Origin: Mytilus californianus
Lineage: Eukaryota
DNA length: 64,000 nt
Direction of reading: 5' to 3'
NCBI RefSeq assembly: GCF_021869535.1
Contig: NW_026262723.1
Location: forward strand, 80,414,001 to 80,478,000
Positions 1-13,383 of the stretch are shown here, piece after piece. Position 1 is the first letter of the stretch. Each line of letters starts with the position of its first letter. Under the pieces are notes generated by a model. It saw nothing but the letters and a program-made list of their open reading frames with translations, was not told the DNA's origin and did no database searches. The position numbers and the translations under genes were made by a program.

Positions 1-981
1 AGCTAGACATATCAAAAGTGTTAAAATTCCTAAAAGTTATAGACTCGGCACGACTTAGAGCTTGACATATTGTATAGACTCCTGCTTATTGTTGAAAACT
101 GTTTGTTTGGTTGTTGTCTCCTTGAAGTACAGCCCTTTAATTGCATGCATTTCTTATCTGTGGGTATTACAGAAAAAGTCTCAACTCGGACATCATCAAT
201 CGACTCTTTAACTATGTTTTTATTTTCGATATATCGTTATTCTTTTGAAATATCTGGGAAGGTAAGGTTCTCAGTGTAGTAGCTTGAGTAAAGGGACATT
301 AGCTGCCAAACACTTTAATTTGATTTATGACATATCAATATATTTATCAGAATCGCAAAGGTTCCAAAGGAAATAATAGACAATGCATGAAATAGAATAA
401 ATAAAGTACTAGCATTCTGTCCCAATTTCAGGACTTGATGTCATCTAATTAACCATCGAGATGACCTCAGATGACTACCGATGGTCCTCTGACACAGTAT
501 AAATATGATAGATATAAATATAAATAGAGAGACAGGCACGCGCAAAGTATTATGAAGAATGATAATAACAGTAGTCAAATTATCAAAAGTTCTTTATATG
601 ATGGTACGTATATTGTTTCAAGATTGTTTTCTCAAACGGCCTTTATCATACTGTTAGATGCATATGGCGCAGATCTTTGCAGCGAAGTGCTCAAACAATT
701 CCATGTATCTTTTCTGTCCTGTAGTTTGTTGTTCTTTTTCCCTTATCTTTCTTTTTTTCTGTTGTATCAATTCGTGACACCTTTCTCTGCTTTCGATAAC
801 TAATGCTTGATTATATTAATGTTTTGCTGTCATCATACATGTGTATTGTCTTTGTAAGGAGAGGACTTATTATAATAATATAAGTTGTAATAACTTTTGT
901 CCAATCATAATGCTTGATCATTGCAAAGAAATACTATTGAAATAAAGTACATATTGATAATAATAAACCTGAAATACTTAC

Positions 982-1065
982 ACTCGCTTATATTTAGTTT
1001 TGTTAATATCGGCTAGATCTGCTTGTGCCATACCAAAGAAAGCGTAAACAACACTTATTGCACAA
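982..1065 (-). CDS. MFSD13A: MFSD13A/TMEM180-like MFS transporter copy A, coding exon 3 (last exon lies before position 1)
   Basis: ttttag acceptor, GTAAGT donor. 84 nt, same length and phase as copy B exon 3. Reads (S)CAISVVYAFFGMAQADLADINKTKYKR. No exon-4 homologue found in 1-981. Confidence 0.85.
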
Positions 1066-1350
1066 CTAAAAGAAGAAGAAAAAAACATGAAACAAAATAA
1101 TACATTCATGTTACTCGTATAAATATCTTCATACATCGGACAATTGAAAATTCGCATCTTAATGTTTTTGAAATGTTTCTACTGTGTATAGGTTGCTGAT
1201 TTGTGAATGTTCTTTGGTATATTTGAAAATTGATTGATAAATCTATCTTTGTATTTCATTTTATTTTTTGTTTTTTAAATGAAAATGTTCTTAAAGTAAC
1301 ACATATACTAAAAGATAAATTAACTTCCAACACTGTATTAATATTTTTAC

Positions 1351-1505
1351 CTATCCAGCATCAGGAATATGATTAGACACCAAGTATGTCCTTTTCCAAT
1401 ATACAGCATAATTATTCCTGCTAGTACCATGCATCCATACACTGATTTGACCACTGAATAGTAAGAGTATCTCGTCGCAAACGAAGCTCCACATATCACA
1501 CATAT
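1351..1505 (-). CDS. MFSD13A: MFSD13A/TMEM180-like copy A, coding exon 2
   Basis: catag acceptor, GTAAAA donor. 155 nt, identical length to copy B exon 2. Reads ICVICGASFATRYSYYSVVKSVYGCMVLAGIIMLYIGKGHTWCLIIFLMLD, a different frame from ORF-track 1351..1551. Confidence 0.85.
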
Positions 1506-1809
1506 CTATGTCAAAGAATAATATACATATACACTCATCAATGGCGCTCAAATCAGTTAGAATGTCATATTAAACACACATGTATATGTATATGTTTTAT
1601 AAGAGATTGAAATATGTCTACACCTCGAGGTCTACACCGACTGAATTAGAAAAATGTGGTCGAAAGACAAAATATAGCTACACAATATTCGATTTCAACG
1701 GAAATACAACATTCTATTATAAACGATGATTTTAGTTTTCTTTTACGGATAAACATTATCTGTTCCGTGTGTAGTAATTATTTACACTTTTGTGGAGAAA
1801 ATAACACTT

Positions 1810-2165
1810 GTAAATAAATTCATCATAGATACCAGGATTAAAATTGTGTACGCAAGACGAGCGTTTCGTCTACAAAAGACTCATCAGTGACGCTCGAATC
1901 AAAAAAGTTAAAAGGGCCAAATAAAGTACGAAGTGAAAAGAGCATTGAGGTCCCAAAATTCCGAGAGGTTTTGCAAAATACAGCTAAGGTAATCTATTCC
2001 TGGGGTAGAAAACCCTAAGTATTTCGTAAAAAAAACAAAGTTTTGTAAACAGTTAATTTATAATTATGACCATATCAATGATAACGCATGTCAACACTGA
2101 GGTGCTGACTACTGGGCTGGTGATATCCCCAACAGCAGTGGCATCGACCCAGTGGTTGTAATAAA
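1810..2165 (-). ncRNA. Retrozyme-like monomer (~350 nt) with type I hammerhead ribozyme motif (1848-1896)
   Basis: Minus strand reads gcgtca-CTGATGA-gtc ttttgta gac-GAAA-cgctcg-TC-ttgcgt. The 5' part (accactgggtcgatgcc...cagcccagtag) is homologous to the unit at 50340. atttatt(t)acaa occurs at both ends. Confidence 0.75.
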
Positions 2166-2887
2166 TATATTGAATATTAATTGGTGACTGTTATTATAAC
2201 CGCAATACAAACGATGTTTATTAGAAGAAACATGAGGAGATGTGGCATATTAATTCATGACACACAAGCTACTTACAAGAACCTGAGCAATACATAAAAG
2301 CAAAGAAACAACGCTTATATTGCTGAAACTGTTATAATTTCAAACATTTCAAGCATTTCAAAGTCTAAATGAACATTCAACACAGAATAAAAGCTCACGC
2401 TTAATTGCAAGCTGAAAAAGGCCCCAGCACAGGTTCTTTTCTTGATTTCGATAATTAACATTTATGCTGTGTCAATATGCAATTACAACAAGATTGATTG
2501 AATCAAAGATTGGAAAAATGCATAATTGTATTTTTTTATTTTGTGGTACATTTACGAATATGGCTATGTCTATAAGTCATGCAAGGAAATAAGCAGACAT
2601 ATGATATCCAGATTTGTTTAGGTTATGGCGAAATATAATCTTAATACAAAAAAAAAATCAATAAAATCAGTGTTTCTTAAATCAACTTGTTCAAAGTTTT
2701 CATCACCTTTCACATCATGTACAAATACTATAATCATATAGCTTCTTGGACATAATTATATTAGAATTTTTAGCAACTTGTCATTCTATTCATAATATTA
2801 CACTTATTTGTTTCAAGTACAAATGTCAAAATCATACAGCTACAATGTCGCCGACACAACAAAAAAAAAAAACAATATACAACTTAC

Positions 2888-3772
2888 TGCAGATATAAAA
2901 GGGATTCCACCATAAAAAATCTTTCTGGCATCTTTCGGGAATATATCATCTGGAATTAAGTGATCACAAACTATGCCGAGGAAATTAATTACAAAAAATT
3001 TATGAAAAACGTGAAAGAAGAAGGTGACAGCAAAAGCAATAAAGTTAATATCTGATAAATACTGGCAAACTTGTTTGCAATAAGATTCATTTTCTACTGA
3101 AATATTGTTATTTATTTGATTACTTTGATCTGTGTCTGAATTAGTCCTTGTAATTGTTTTCAGATCATAGGGACTAAAAATATTTATTCCTGCATAAAGA
3201 AATAATAAACCAGAACACACTGCTATCAGTACTGTAGTTGTTTGAAAAGTTTTGAAGTTACTAAGACTATCCGATGTAAACTCTAGTAATAAAACCGTTG
3301 GCGTGCCTAGTATACAAGCAGTATGATAATATTTCGTCAGTACTATTCTGTCCTCTGTTTTGTCAGAAAGTTCTACAAACAATGCAGACATTGTAAGTGC
3401 CATAAATGAACATACTGTGTCCCAAGCAACGAGACTTACAATTAGATGTAGTCCTACAACCCATGAATTGTCTCCCCATTGAAACCAAGGTATAATAAAT
3501 GATGTTACTAATAGAGGTCCACAATACAAAATACTTTCTCGTCTTGTTTTTGTAATTCTCAATCTTGTGCTGTCTTGAATATAAGCAAATAAAGGATCGT
3601 TTAAGACATTCCATATTAGATATACTAGTTGTGCCATTTGAAACCAATATGCCTCGATGTGATACAGATTCATAAACACTTTGACATAATAGAAACTGTA
3701 GGCTGTGCTAACCATCCGAAATGCTATACCAGAAGCACAATAAGCGACGAGTCCCTGCTTGTTGACTGTCAT
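2888..3772 (-). CDS. MFSD13A: MFSD13A/TMEM180-like copy A, coding exon 1
   Basis: ORF 2840..3772 with FYYVKVF, WNVLNDPLFAY and WDT motifs typical of TMEM180/MFS_2. Donor GCA|GTAAGT at 2887. ttctag acceptor at 3781 implies an upstream non-coding exon. Confidence 0.9.
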
Positions 3773-4380
3773 TTATGAACCTAGAAAAAATCAGTAAAAT
3801 TGTCCATCTTTATAATCTGTTTTTAATGCCGAAATTAGATCGTTTCTTGCCTTCTTTTATCATAAGTAATTTTATTTTTTTTTACATAAATGTAGTACAG
3901 CTGTGCTTTGTTTATACTAGTATTCTTCACTCTCATTTCTCGTTCTTAAAAACTGCACACTCTAGATACATTTTCAGTACATTATCAAATCAAACAATTA
4001 AAAGAGAGAAAAACACAAGAAATATTACCGACCAAAAAATTTGATTCTTAATGTGCAAGTCAATAAGAAAAGTGTTTACCTTAAACATCCTAAAAGTTAT
4101 TATTGAATAATTAATATTTTGACATGTGCCTGTCAATAAGATATAACGTTTACCTACAAAAGTTATAATTGAATAGTGCATAATAGTCCATACTCCTTTC
4201 AAGGCTAGACTGTAGAATTCCCCCGATAACTCTATCTATATTTTGTTTTATATTGTCACATACATGACAGCTGCATGAGCATAAGGAGATGTAGACATAT
4301 GTAAAAGCGACACATACTATATAAAGGTCAACAACTTACATCGTCAATGTCAGTACTAATGTTTCAACTCAATCTATAGA

Positions 4381-5641
4381 TGTTACAGTGATTTTTCAGG
4401 GATTTTGCATATTTACTTAAATCATTGGTGATTATATAAAATCCCTGAAAATGACCATTGATTATACAAAATCACTGAAAATTTTAAGAACTATTTTACA
4501 AGTTCCCGTAAATGATTTCAGGGATTATCAATAATACACTTTTTAAGATTCTTAATTTGATATAAATAAATCAAATACATACAAATAAATCATATGTATT
4601 ACAAAATGTACACCTTTCTGGTTTAAGTGGACAGTTTTCATTCCTTGTCCATTTATCAAATCTTATTAAAGTGAACAGTTTTTCCAGTGATATTCTATTT
4701 AACTGGGTTTAGCCACATTAACTGATAATCATTTTTTTTTTTAAATTGAACTTTATAATACCAACATAAATGCACAAATCATGTAATTTGCAGATTAAAC
4801 ACAATTTTGGAGGCGACCAACATTGTCTGTAATGTTATGATACCGATTCCGCATTTTGATCGTGGAAATTCAAAAGGAGAACCCAAAAATATAATGACCA
4901 TCGTTCATAAAAGGACTGAAAAAGATAATGCCTGGCTACGAAACATGAAATTTTGCTCAGATAATACACAAGGAATCAATTCGAGATGTCTGATTGACCT
5001 TTTAGCACCTTCAGATGTTTCTGATGGACACTTAAGTTCCCTTCAATGTGCAGTAAAATCAGATTCAATACTAGTATGTGAAGACTAAGTTTTTTTTCAG
5101 CTACATTTTTGTTTAAAAAAGAGAAAAGCAGAGCAAATGTTCAAAAGTAGTAGTCTGGATGGGATTTACAGAATAATGGGCAAAAAGTGCAAAATAAAGG
5201 ACTAAACAAATAAAGAAATTAGACAAACAATAATTAGAACAGAGAACAACTGGTTGGTAAAATATACAGAATAGAGAATAATGGGCAAAATGAATAAAGA
5301 TTAGAGAAAAATTATGTAAAAAAAATAAAAATAAATAAATGAGGGACCCCCATACAGACCATCATAGTAGATACCATGATTTGTATTAAAATCTTGTGCT
5401 GAAGATTTTAATATTTATGTTTCTAAAGGTGTTTAAATACGATCGTAGATAAATTATTCAACTTTAAATATATGCATTGTCTCTTCATTCCAGTTATTAT
5501 GTATAATCCCTGACATTTTTTCTGGTGAGTATGCCTAATTCCTGAACATTTTAGTGATAATATATAATCACTAAAGTTACAAGAGGTTATGTAATTTCAG
5601 GGATTATACATAATCCCTAATTATACAAATTAACTGTAACA
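4381..5641 (+). mobile_element. Degenerate Ginger-like (Ginger2/KRBA2-type integrase) DNA transposon relic
   Basis: Termini TGTTACAGT...ACTGTAACA (9-bp perfect IR, TGT/ACA ends), shared subterminal cagggatt/aatccctg motifs, flanks taga/tata. Internal IPIPHFDRGNSKGEPKNIMTIV resembles the PIPxVDRGRxDPRN motif of these integrases. Confidence 0.55.
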
Positions 5642-6164
5642 TATATATAGTGTGTCTCTGATGGAAAATTCGTTCTTTGTTCATATGAACCTGGGTTCAA
5701 ATTAAGAACTTTACGCAGAATAAGTAAAAAACAACATCGAGTTAAATTCCTTTATTTCTCTTTCAGAAATTCTGATGCACTGCATAGTATATTGATGATT
5801 TTATTTCACTATATAATATTCTAGTTTAGGGGCCAGCTGAAGCCCGCCTCCGGGTGCGGGATTTTCTCGCTGTTTTGAAGACCCATTGGTGGCTTTGCGC
5901 TGTTTTGTGCTCTTTGGCTTGACACATTCCCCGTTTCCGTTCTCAATTCTATTAAAGTGAATACTTGCGTCTTATATATCCCAAATATATATTACAGTGA
6001 CATTGAGATCTGCTTCGGATCTATGTCTTCTTATTCTCTCTCTTGAAAATGACCGTAATGGCAAACTCATAACTGGGACACAATGATTCGATTTAACCAA
6101 TGTTTAAGTGTATGGTGATTGATACGATATGGCAGGGCATATTCTTGTTATACAAAATAACTGA

Positions 6165-7490
6165 TTTTTTTATTAATGATTTGCCAGATATATTGTCAAA
6201 CAATTAAGATAATGTCAATTTAGATAACGAAAAGATACCATGTCTACTATACGCTGATGATCTTGTATTAATATCTGACTCAAAAGAAGGGCTTCAGAAG
6301 AGACTTGATACTTTGTGCACATTCTGCAAAGATTGGTGTATGGAAATAAATGTGAAGAAAACAAAGATCATTATATTCAATAGGAGTGGTAGACTCCTTA
6401 ATGAAGATTTCAAGATAGGAAATGATTCTATCGAATGTGTTAAACAATACAAATATCTTGGCATAGTCATCCAAAATACTGGAAACTTTAATGAAGCCAG
6501 GAAACAATTATTCCAAAAAGGTCAAAAGGCCAGTTTAAACTGTATAAAGATTTGAAATCATCAAATCCTCCTATAAAAACTCTTTTGCATTTATTTGATC
6601 ATTGTATACAGCCAATTGTATCGTATGGTTTTGAAAATTGGGGTGTTATTAACATTACTCCTAAAAGGAAAAATTATCCCTTTATGACATATTTAAAGAT
6701 TGGGAGTTTGAGAAGCTAAATTTAAAATTTTGCAAGTATATTATTGGTGTTACAAAGATGTGCACAAACGTAGCAGTCCTGTCTGAACTGGGTAGATATC
6801 CTCTTTATATAAATTTGCTAACACATATGTTTATGTATTGGCATAGACTAGAGAATTCCAAATCTGATTTATTGAAAAGTGCTTATGCTGAGTTAAAAAT
6901 GATTGAGAGTAAAGCTCAAACTATCTCCAATAATTAATGGCTCTCTAATATCATTTTCTACAGTGAAAAATTGGGTATTGACCTAAATATATGTAAAAAT
7001 TTAGGCAAAAATAAATTTAAAATTTAATGAAAAAACAGCTCAAATTAAATTTTTAAAATGATTGGGAGAAAATGCGAGATTTTTATTTACAGAATCAAGG
7101 CAAATTGGACACTTATTTCTCATTCAAGAGGTCATTTGACTATGAAAATTATTTAGATTTAAAGCACCCCCAAAAACATTTGTTAACAAAAAAATGATAC
7201 AGACTCAGCAATCACTATTTAAGAAAAGAAACTGGCAGACATGAACGTTTTATCAATGTATGTGGTAAATATGAAATATTACCTCGACATGAGAGGATAT
7301 GTTTATATTGTAATTCAAATTCTATTGAAAATGAAATGCACTTTCTTCTGGAATGCCCTCTTTACAATAACCTCAGAAGAGATACGACTGATTATATAAA
7401 AAAATACCCCAGTTTAGTTAATTTAAACAGAAATGATCTATTTACATGGATCATGAGTAATGAAGATAGCAGTTGGCACAACATTTTGCA
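6165..7490 (+). mobile_element. 5'-truncated non-LTR retrotransposon (CR1/L2-group) reverse transcriptase remnant
   Basis: FINDLP...LLYADDLVLISDSKEGLQKRLD...INVKKTK...YKYLG, and C-terminal C-C-NEMHFLLECPLY. Stops and frameshifts present. Confidence 0.9.
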
Positions 7491-7555
7491 ACATTTGATT
7501 TTCAATGAACGTCAAATTCGATTATTGTTTTGTGCTTCCAACCGGATTTAATTTA

Positions 7556-7665
7556 AAGGCCACTGAAGAGTCTTGTGTAGAAGCAGAGACATATTATAAT
7601 TGTATAATTTGTCTCTGGTAGAAGAATCGCGCGCCTGGCGTACATAATCATAAATCTGGTATTTT
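7556..7665 (+). repeat. Degenerate hammerhead/retrozyme fragment interrupted by a 34-bp hairpin insertion
   Basis: ca-CTGAAGA-gtcttgtgtaga...gaatcgcgcgcctggcgtac matches the motif at 1848-1896. Insert 7584-7617 is flanked by a gtagaag duplication. Confidence 0.65.
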
Positions 7666-8355
7666 TGATTTTTTTCTTCTCGTCAAGGAAAATTGTGTGC
7701 ATATCAGAAGGATGATAAGTTTACGGTTGCATGACTATTTTATACATTTAAGTGACAGATGAAGAAAGAAATCATACAAACCTATATAGTTAAAAGATCA
7801 GACATATATACTTCCACACCAAATATCATTTGAACATCATATTATACTTATTTAGGAAAAATGTTACCTGGGAGCATATCCGTGTTAATACAAATACAAA
7901 TGCATTGGCTCGTATCCTGGTTTATTATAGACATACACATTAATCATTAATTTCATGTTACCATGTGTATCGTTACAGATGAATAACTTAACTTCTATAA
8001 AAAATATACCAATTCATAAACCATGTCACCGTTCCCCCTTTTAAAATATTATTTCAAGGCCACATTGGTGACATTCAGTCCACTATCGTCTTAGCCATAG
8101 GATGTTCTAATTCGGCACGTCTTTTTATGCTTCACAAACCTGGTATCGATTTTAATAATATTTTCTATCTCCATCCATCCACTTCCTAGTCAAAACTTAT
8201 TATTGAAGACATATACTATGTGAATAAAACAAATAGCAAATAATTATCGCCTTCCAAAAGTAACTTTTTAATGTGTGCCAAGGAAGATATTGATTATACA
8301 AAGGTCAGTAACTTTCGAAAAGAATAAAAGCAAAGAAACGAAATATGACAAATAT

Positions 8356-8620
8356 TTATAAGACATTTATTTGTACTGTTTTCTGTTTTATATCAAAGAA
8401 TGACCATGCAATAAGTTGCACTATTCCTATAGCTATTGGATACAGGCATATAAGCAGAAACATGGCATGTTTCAGTTCATGTGAAGCTTCCACTGTATTG
8501 TTTTTTAATTCACCATATCCGTAATGATTTAATATTGAAACAGTAACCATTGGTGAAAATGACATGGCTGGTTTTGACAACAATGCACTTATTCCAAATA
8601 CAGTGGACGATATAGGATGT
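8356..8620 (-). CDS. MFSD13A: MFSD13A/TMEM180-like copy B, coding exon 4 (terminal)
   Basis: tttcag acceptor. Reads (K)HPISSTVFGISALLSKPAMSFSPM...IVQLIAWSFFDIKQKTVQINVL-stop. Exons sum to 1371 nt (456 aa plus stop). Confidence 0.9.
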
Positions 8621-8651
8621 CTGAAAAATAAGAAATAAGATTATAATGGAT

Positions 8652-9157
8652 TTAATACATATTTCAGGGGAAATGCATGACTTTGTATATTCTACTTTGA
8701 TTACAACTTTAATACATATTTGAGGGGAAATGCATGACTTTGTATATTCTACTTTGATTACAACTTAATACTTATTTGAGGTGAAATGCATGACTTTGTA
8801 TATTCTACTTTGATTACCACTTAATACATATTTGAGGGGAAATGCATGACTTTGTATATTCCACTTTGATTACAACTTAATACATATTTGAGGGGAAATG
8901 CACGACTTTGTATATTCTACTTTGATTACAACTTAATACATATTTGAGGGCAAAAGCATGGCCTTGTATATTCTACTTTGATTACAACTTAATACATATT
9001 TCAGGGGAAGTGCATGACTTTGTATATTCTACTTTGATTACAACTTTAATACATATTTGAGGGGAAATGCATGACTTTGTATATTCTACTTTGATTACAA
9101 CTTAATACATATTTCAGGGGAAATGCATGACATTGTATATTCTACTTTGATTACAAA
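8652..9157. repeat. Minisatellite, 56-57 bp unit, ~9 copies (intron of copy B)
   Basis: Tandem ttaatacatatttgaggggaaatgcatgactttgtatattctactttgattacaac. Confidence 0.95.
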
Positions 9158-9517
9158 TTCTTGAGTATTGTACAAATTTTGATGTAATAGAAATATTCAC
9201 CAAAAAGGAATTACTAAATGTCAAAGGAACCTTTAAACAAAATAAAAACAAATGTATATATCTTTAGGTAATTAAACGATATTCATCAATATACAATTGC
9301 GTACTGCAGATCACATGACAAAATGTTTGAATCCTTCCAATGGGAGTCGTATTGGTGGTTTCAATTAAACCAACAAAGACTACCAAACATTTGAACAATC
9401 TTCAAACTATAAGCGGGCAAAAAAAAATGAAGATACAGACAAGATTTCTGAAAAGGGACAGTAGTAGCTTTAAGTCTTTGAAGAAATGTTAGACGATTAT
9501 TACTGTAATATTTACAT

Positions 9518-10515
9518 AAACTGTTATCACAGAGATATGTCTCGCCTTTTTGTAATTTTGCTTATGCAAATGTTGAAATTAAAATAGCAATACTTTAACA
9601 TGTAAGTTATGCAAATATTCAAAGTCGATGAACCATGACTGAAGGTACATGGCTGAACAATCTCCATGGAAATGAGATGTGCCAATGTTAATACAACTGC
9701 ATACCAAATACCATTAACTAATCATAAGTCGTTCCCTTTAAACAAACCTAAACACAAACATTAACTTGTAGACTATGTAAAAGTTTCAAAGTCAATGAAC
9801 CATGATGAGGGAGTGGGGCTATATAATCTCCATGGAAATAAGACTTGCAAATGCCAATAAATTTGCATACCAAATATCATTGACATAACATTAGCAGTTC
9901 ATCTTAAACTGATTTAATCACAAACTAATACATATAAACTAAGCAAATGTTTCAAAGTCAATAGACCATGACTGAGGGGGCGGGACCAAATATTCTCCAT
10001 GGAAATAAGATGTACTAATGCTTATACAACTGCATACCAATTAACATTGGTCTACCACTAATGGTTCCCCTTGAACTGACCTAATCACAAACTAATACAT
10101 GTAAACTAAGCAAAATTTTCAAAGTCAATAGACCATGACTAAGGGGTCGGAGCCAAATAATTTCCATGGAAATGAGATATGCCAATGCTTATACAACTGC
10201 ATAGCAAATATCATTGACCTACCACTAGTGGTTCCCCCAAAAACTGACCTAATCACAAACTAATACATGTAAACTAAGCAAAAGTTTCAAAGTCAATAGA
10301 CCATGACTGAGGGGGCAGGGCCAAATAATCTCCATGGAAATGAGATGTGCCAATGCTTATACAGCTGCATACAAAATATCATTGACCTACCACTTGTGGT
10401 TCACCATAAACTAGACCTAATCACAAACTAATACATTGTTGACGCCGCCGTCGCCGCCGACGCCGGAAACAGCATACCTATGTCTCGCTTTTTGACTCTG
10501 TCAAGGCGAGACAAT
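9518..10515 (-). mobile_element. HINE-like (Helentron-associated) non-autonomous element, family A copy 1
   Basis: Reverse complement of 20612-21624: subTIR gtctcgcc/ggcgagac, TTGAC-AGA-GTCAA hairpin, (GGC)n tract, ~180-bp internal repeats, T-rich flanks. Confidence 0.8.
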
Positions 10516-11738
10516 AAATTAAACTTTCAATATCCCATATCTACACAAATTTTTCCCAAATAATAGATATAAAAAAACGCATACAAATACAATTATAGAC
10601 GTTCATGGCTTGGGACAGACATATAAAGAATGTAGCGGGGATAAACATGTTTGTGAGCACTGAATCCATCAAATAGCTTAAATCAATAGATTAGTACGAA
10701 GCACAAACAAACAGCTAATTAACATAAAAGCAATAGACACACATCCCTGATATAAGAGTACTCGCAGTTATCGAGAGCTATAGTTCAAAGCAAATCACAA
10801 CTAAATTAAATAAATAAATCGTGTTTTGTATAGTCTAGAACAGTTGAAAGTAAAATTTAACAGAGACAACCACAACTAAAAAAGGCTATTTTTTTTAAAG
10901 AACTGAAAAGCGATATAAGTAGAGGCACGACCGAAGAGGTTCTTGGCTGTGAAGAGGCACAATAACATACGAGTGGGTTACACTACTGTTCGTTATCTCA
11001 AGCCTCGATCCCAATTTTAGTCTTGATCTGTTGAATAACAGAAGATACATAAATGAACATTAAAATCAATAATTTAAAAAAAAAGTATTAGAGTTACAGA
11101 CGACTAAAAAGGTAAAAGTATAATACTATATAAATCGTATTGTAGATGCTCGCACTTTCTGATATCAGGCTCATGTTTTTAATTTGCTCCAATAGAAAAA
11201 AAAATGCCGTTCTTCGCCCTTATATCAGCCGCTATACTTCCGGGTATATTTCATACGACAACATCATGAACACGAATGCTTATGCAGTGTATGATGATTT
11301 CACAACAACAGTTTGTTTATAACAGTTATCAATAAGTTTACGAAGCCAAAAAAGAACAGTTTGATGAAATTTTCTTATACTTGTTGGTGTTATAAATAAT
11401 AATAACGTTAACTGCTGTGTGTGAAATGCCGCTTTTAAAATCGAATTCCTGAATTTATAATAATTTTTTTCTTTGTTACAAATTTAGTGAAAGTTGGAGA
11501 TTTCATATCTGTAAGCATGCTGAACTATCGGATTCAGCAGTTTGCCAGTTATTGCCGTCGTTACACTCGAAATAGTTAAGAAAAAATATAAAAATAGATT
11601 GTGATGAAAATGTAACACAACAAAGTTAACTGTTGATATGATTTTTCCATTATTATAAAGTTATAAATAATAAAATATCTTAATCACCCAATGCCAGATG
11701 ACACCAGCAATAAATAATATCTTTTATGTTACACTTAC

Positions 11739-11822
11739 TTCCTATTGTATTTGCTTTTGTTATCATCAGCAATATCAGCTAGAGGCATGTTGAATAGTGA
11801 AAATGTAGCGCCTGATGCACAG
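11739..11822 (-). CDS. MFSD13A: MFSD13A/TMEM180-like copy B, coding exon 3
   Basis: tttcag acceptor, GTAAGT donor, 84 nt. Reads (N)CASGATFSLFNMPLADIADDNKSKYNR. Confidence 0.9.
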
Positions 11823-13383
11823 CTGAAAATAACATAAAATCATCACAATAATACATTCGAGCGGTAACATAAAATATTTAAGTCTACAATTTATTTTACA
11901 AATAATGTCGTCTTAAAAAACAGGAACATTGGGTATATAAATATAACATAAGACGACTGGTACAAAAGTTCGTAGAAAACTCTTATCAAATGAACACACA
12001 TAAAGATATACATTTAAAATGTTAAAGTGTTTTGATATTTATATTTATGACTTGACATGTCAAATATAAATGCTTAAAACAAATGTTGGATACATTAACG
12101 AATATACCATCAAAGCTCGTAGTTCGTGACTTAACGGGAAATGTTGTGAAGACGAATTAACCCTTTCTAATCATATTTTATTTATGCAGGTATATAGTTT
12201 TGTATGGATGCCACTGAATTACAGTACCACTTCATTCACATCCGTATGTACACCATGATGTCATTATGTCATTGAATATCCTGGTTTTTTTCGTTAACAT
12301 AATGTCAAATTGCTTAAAGACCACTCCAAATTAAAATCTTTCATTTTGCATTAACTATTATAACTTGGTGTAAATAAAATGCACCAAATCGGGCTTGTAC
12401 ACGTTCTGATGGATGTATGTACTAGATGTAGGCAGCTCATATTTTAGGGACGTCAGCTCCGAAGATATGAGACGACTACATACAGTACCGGTCTGTCAGT
12501 GAGAGATACTGAAAATACATCAAATTAAATCAACAGTATCTTATGAATTATCTCCATTTTTTAACTCTTAAAATGATATTTCTACATATTTTTCAATCGG
12601 TCAAATAAGATTTACCACCATTGTGAGCATATATGTAAAGCCTAAGGGATTGTGTGCTTAGTTTTTGCCATGGTGAATTCTAATTGGCTCTGCAGTTGTC
12701 GATTTTCTGCAACTTTTCATAGCGTAAAAGGTCTGTTGATCGTTACTAATGAAAGCTGTATCATCCATTTTTGGTCTACATTGGCTCAACATCTAATTTT
12801 ATGTTTCCTTAGTATGTACGATTTTCTTTAAAGAACAGTATAATCGATAAGTGATCTCGCTTCGACATGCAAAAATGTCCTTTCCAAGTAAAACATGACC
12901 ATATGTGGTTTTTGAGAATCTGAAAGAGACCTTTCGATTTGATGCTCTGAACGTTTTATATTTTTGGCTACCCAAACATTTGGTCTTTCGCACATCTGTC
13001 AGATAGAGTGTTTTTTTTACCAGAAGCACATGTCGTGCGAATCGATATTAGTATCATTTGTTTATATTAGCAGATGTACCATGAATTCTGGGGCGTAGGA
13101 GCCAGATGCAAGGCCGAAGATGTCATTTCTTTTTTGTATAAGAAAATGAGAGAGAACACCGACTAATTTCTAGACTACTAAACAATGGAATTTTCTTTTT
13201 TCTTCTTTTTTCTTGTCACTTTAAGACCCCCGACTTTTCAGACAGTCTACTCCTCCGCCACTGATGACATCGTTTACAAATACACATATCATTCTCAACG
13301 TTTGCTGTGTACTATCAAACATCAGAATTATATCAATTTATTTAAAATTCCATTCGAGTATACAAAAAATAAATATATCTTAC

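Noticed and set aside
1-830. Hydrophobic, receptor-like peptide stretches on the minus strand, or a missing MFSD13A exon 4
   Set aside because: Multiple stops, no recognisable motif, and no similarity to copy B exon 4.
1351-1551. ORF-track 66-aa protein
   Set aside because: The real exon uses another frame, homologous to copy B exon 2.
5826-5955. GC-richer short dispersed repeat (SINE-like)
   Set aside because: No second copy, Pol III boxes or TSD visible in this window, so it cannot be classified.
12290-13200. Possible Kolobok-type element with TTAA ends
   Set aside because: Terminal inverted match is only ~6 bp. Insufficient support.
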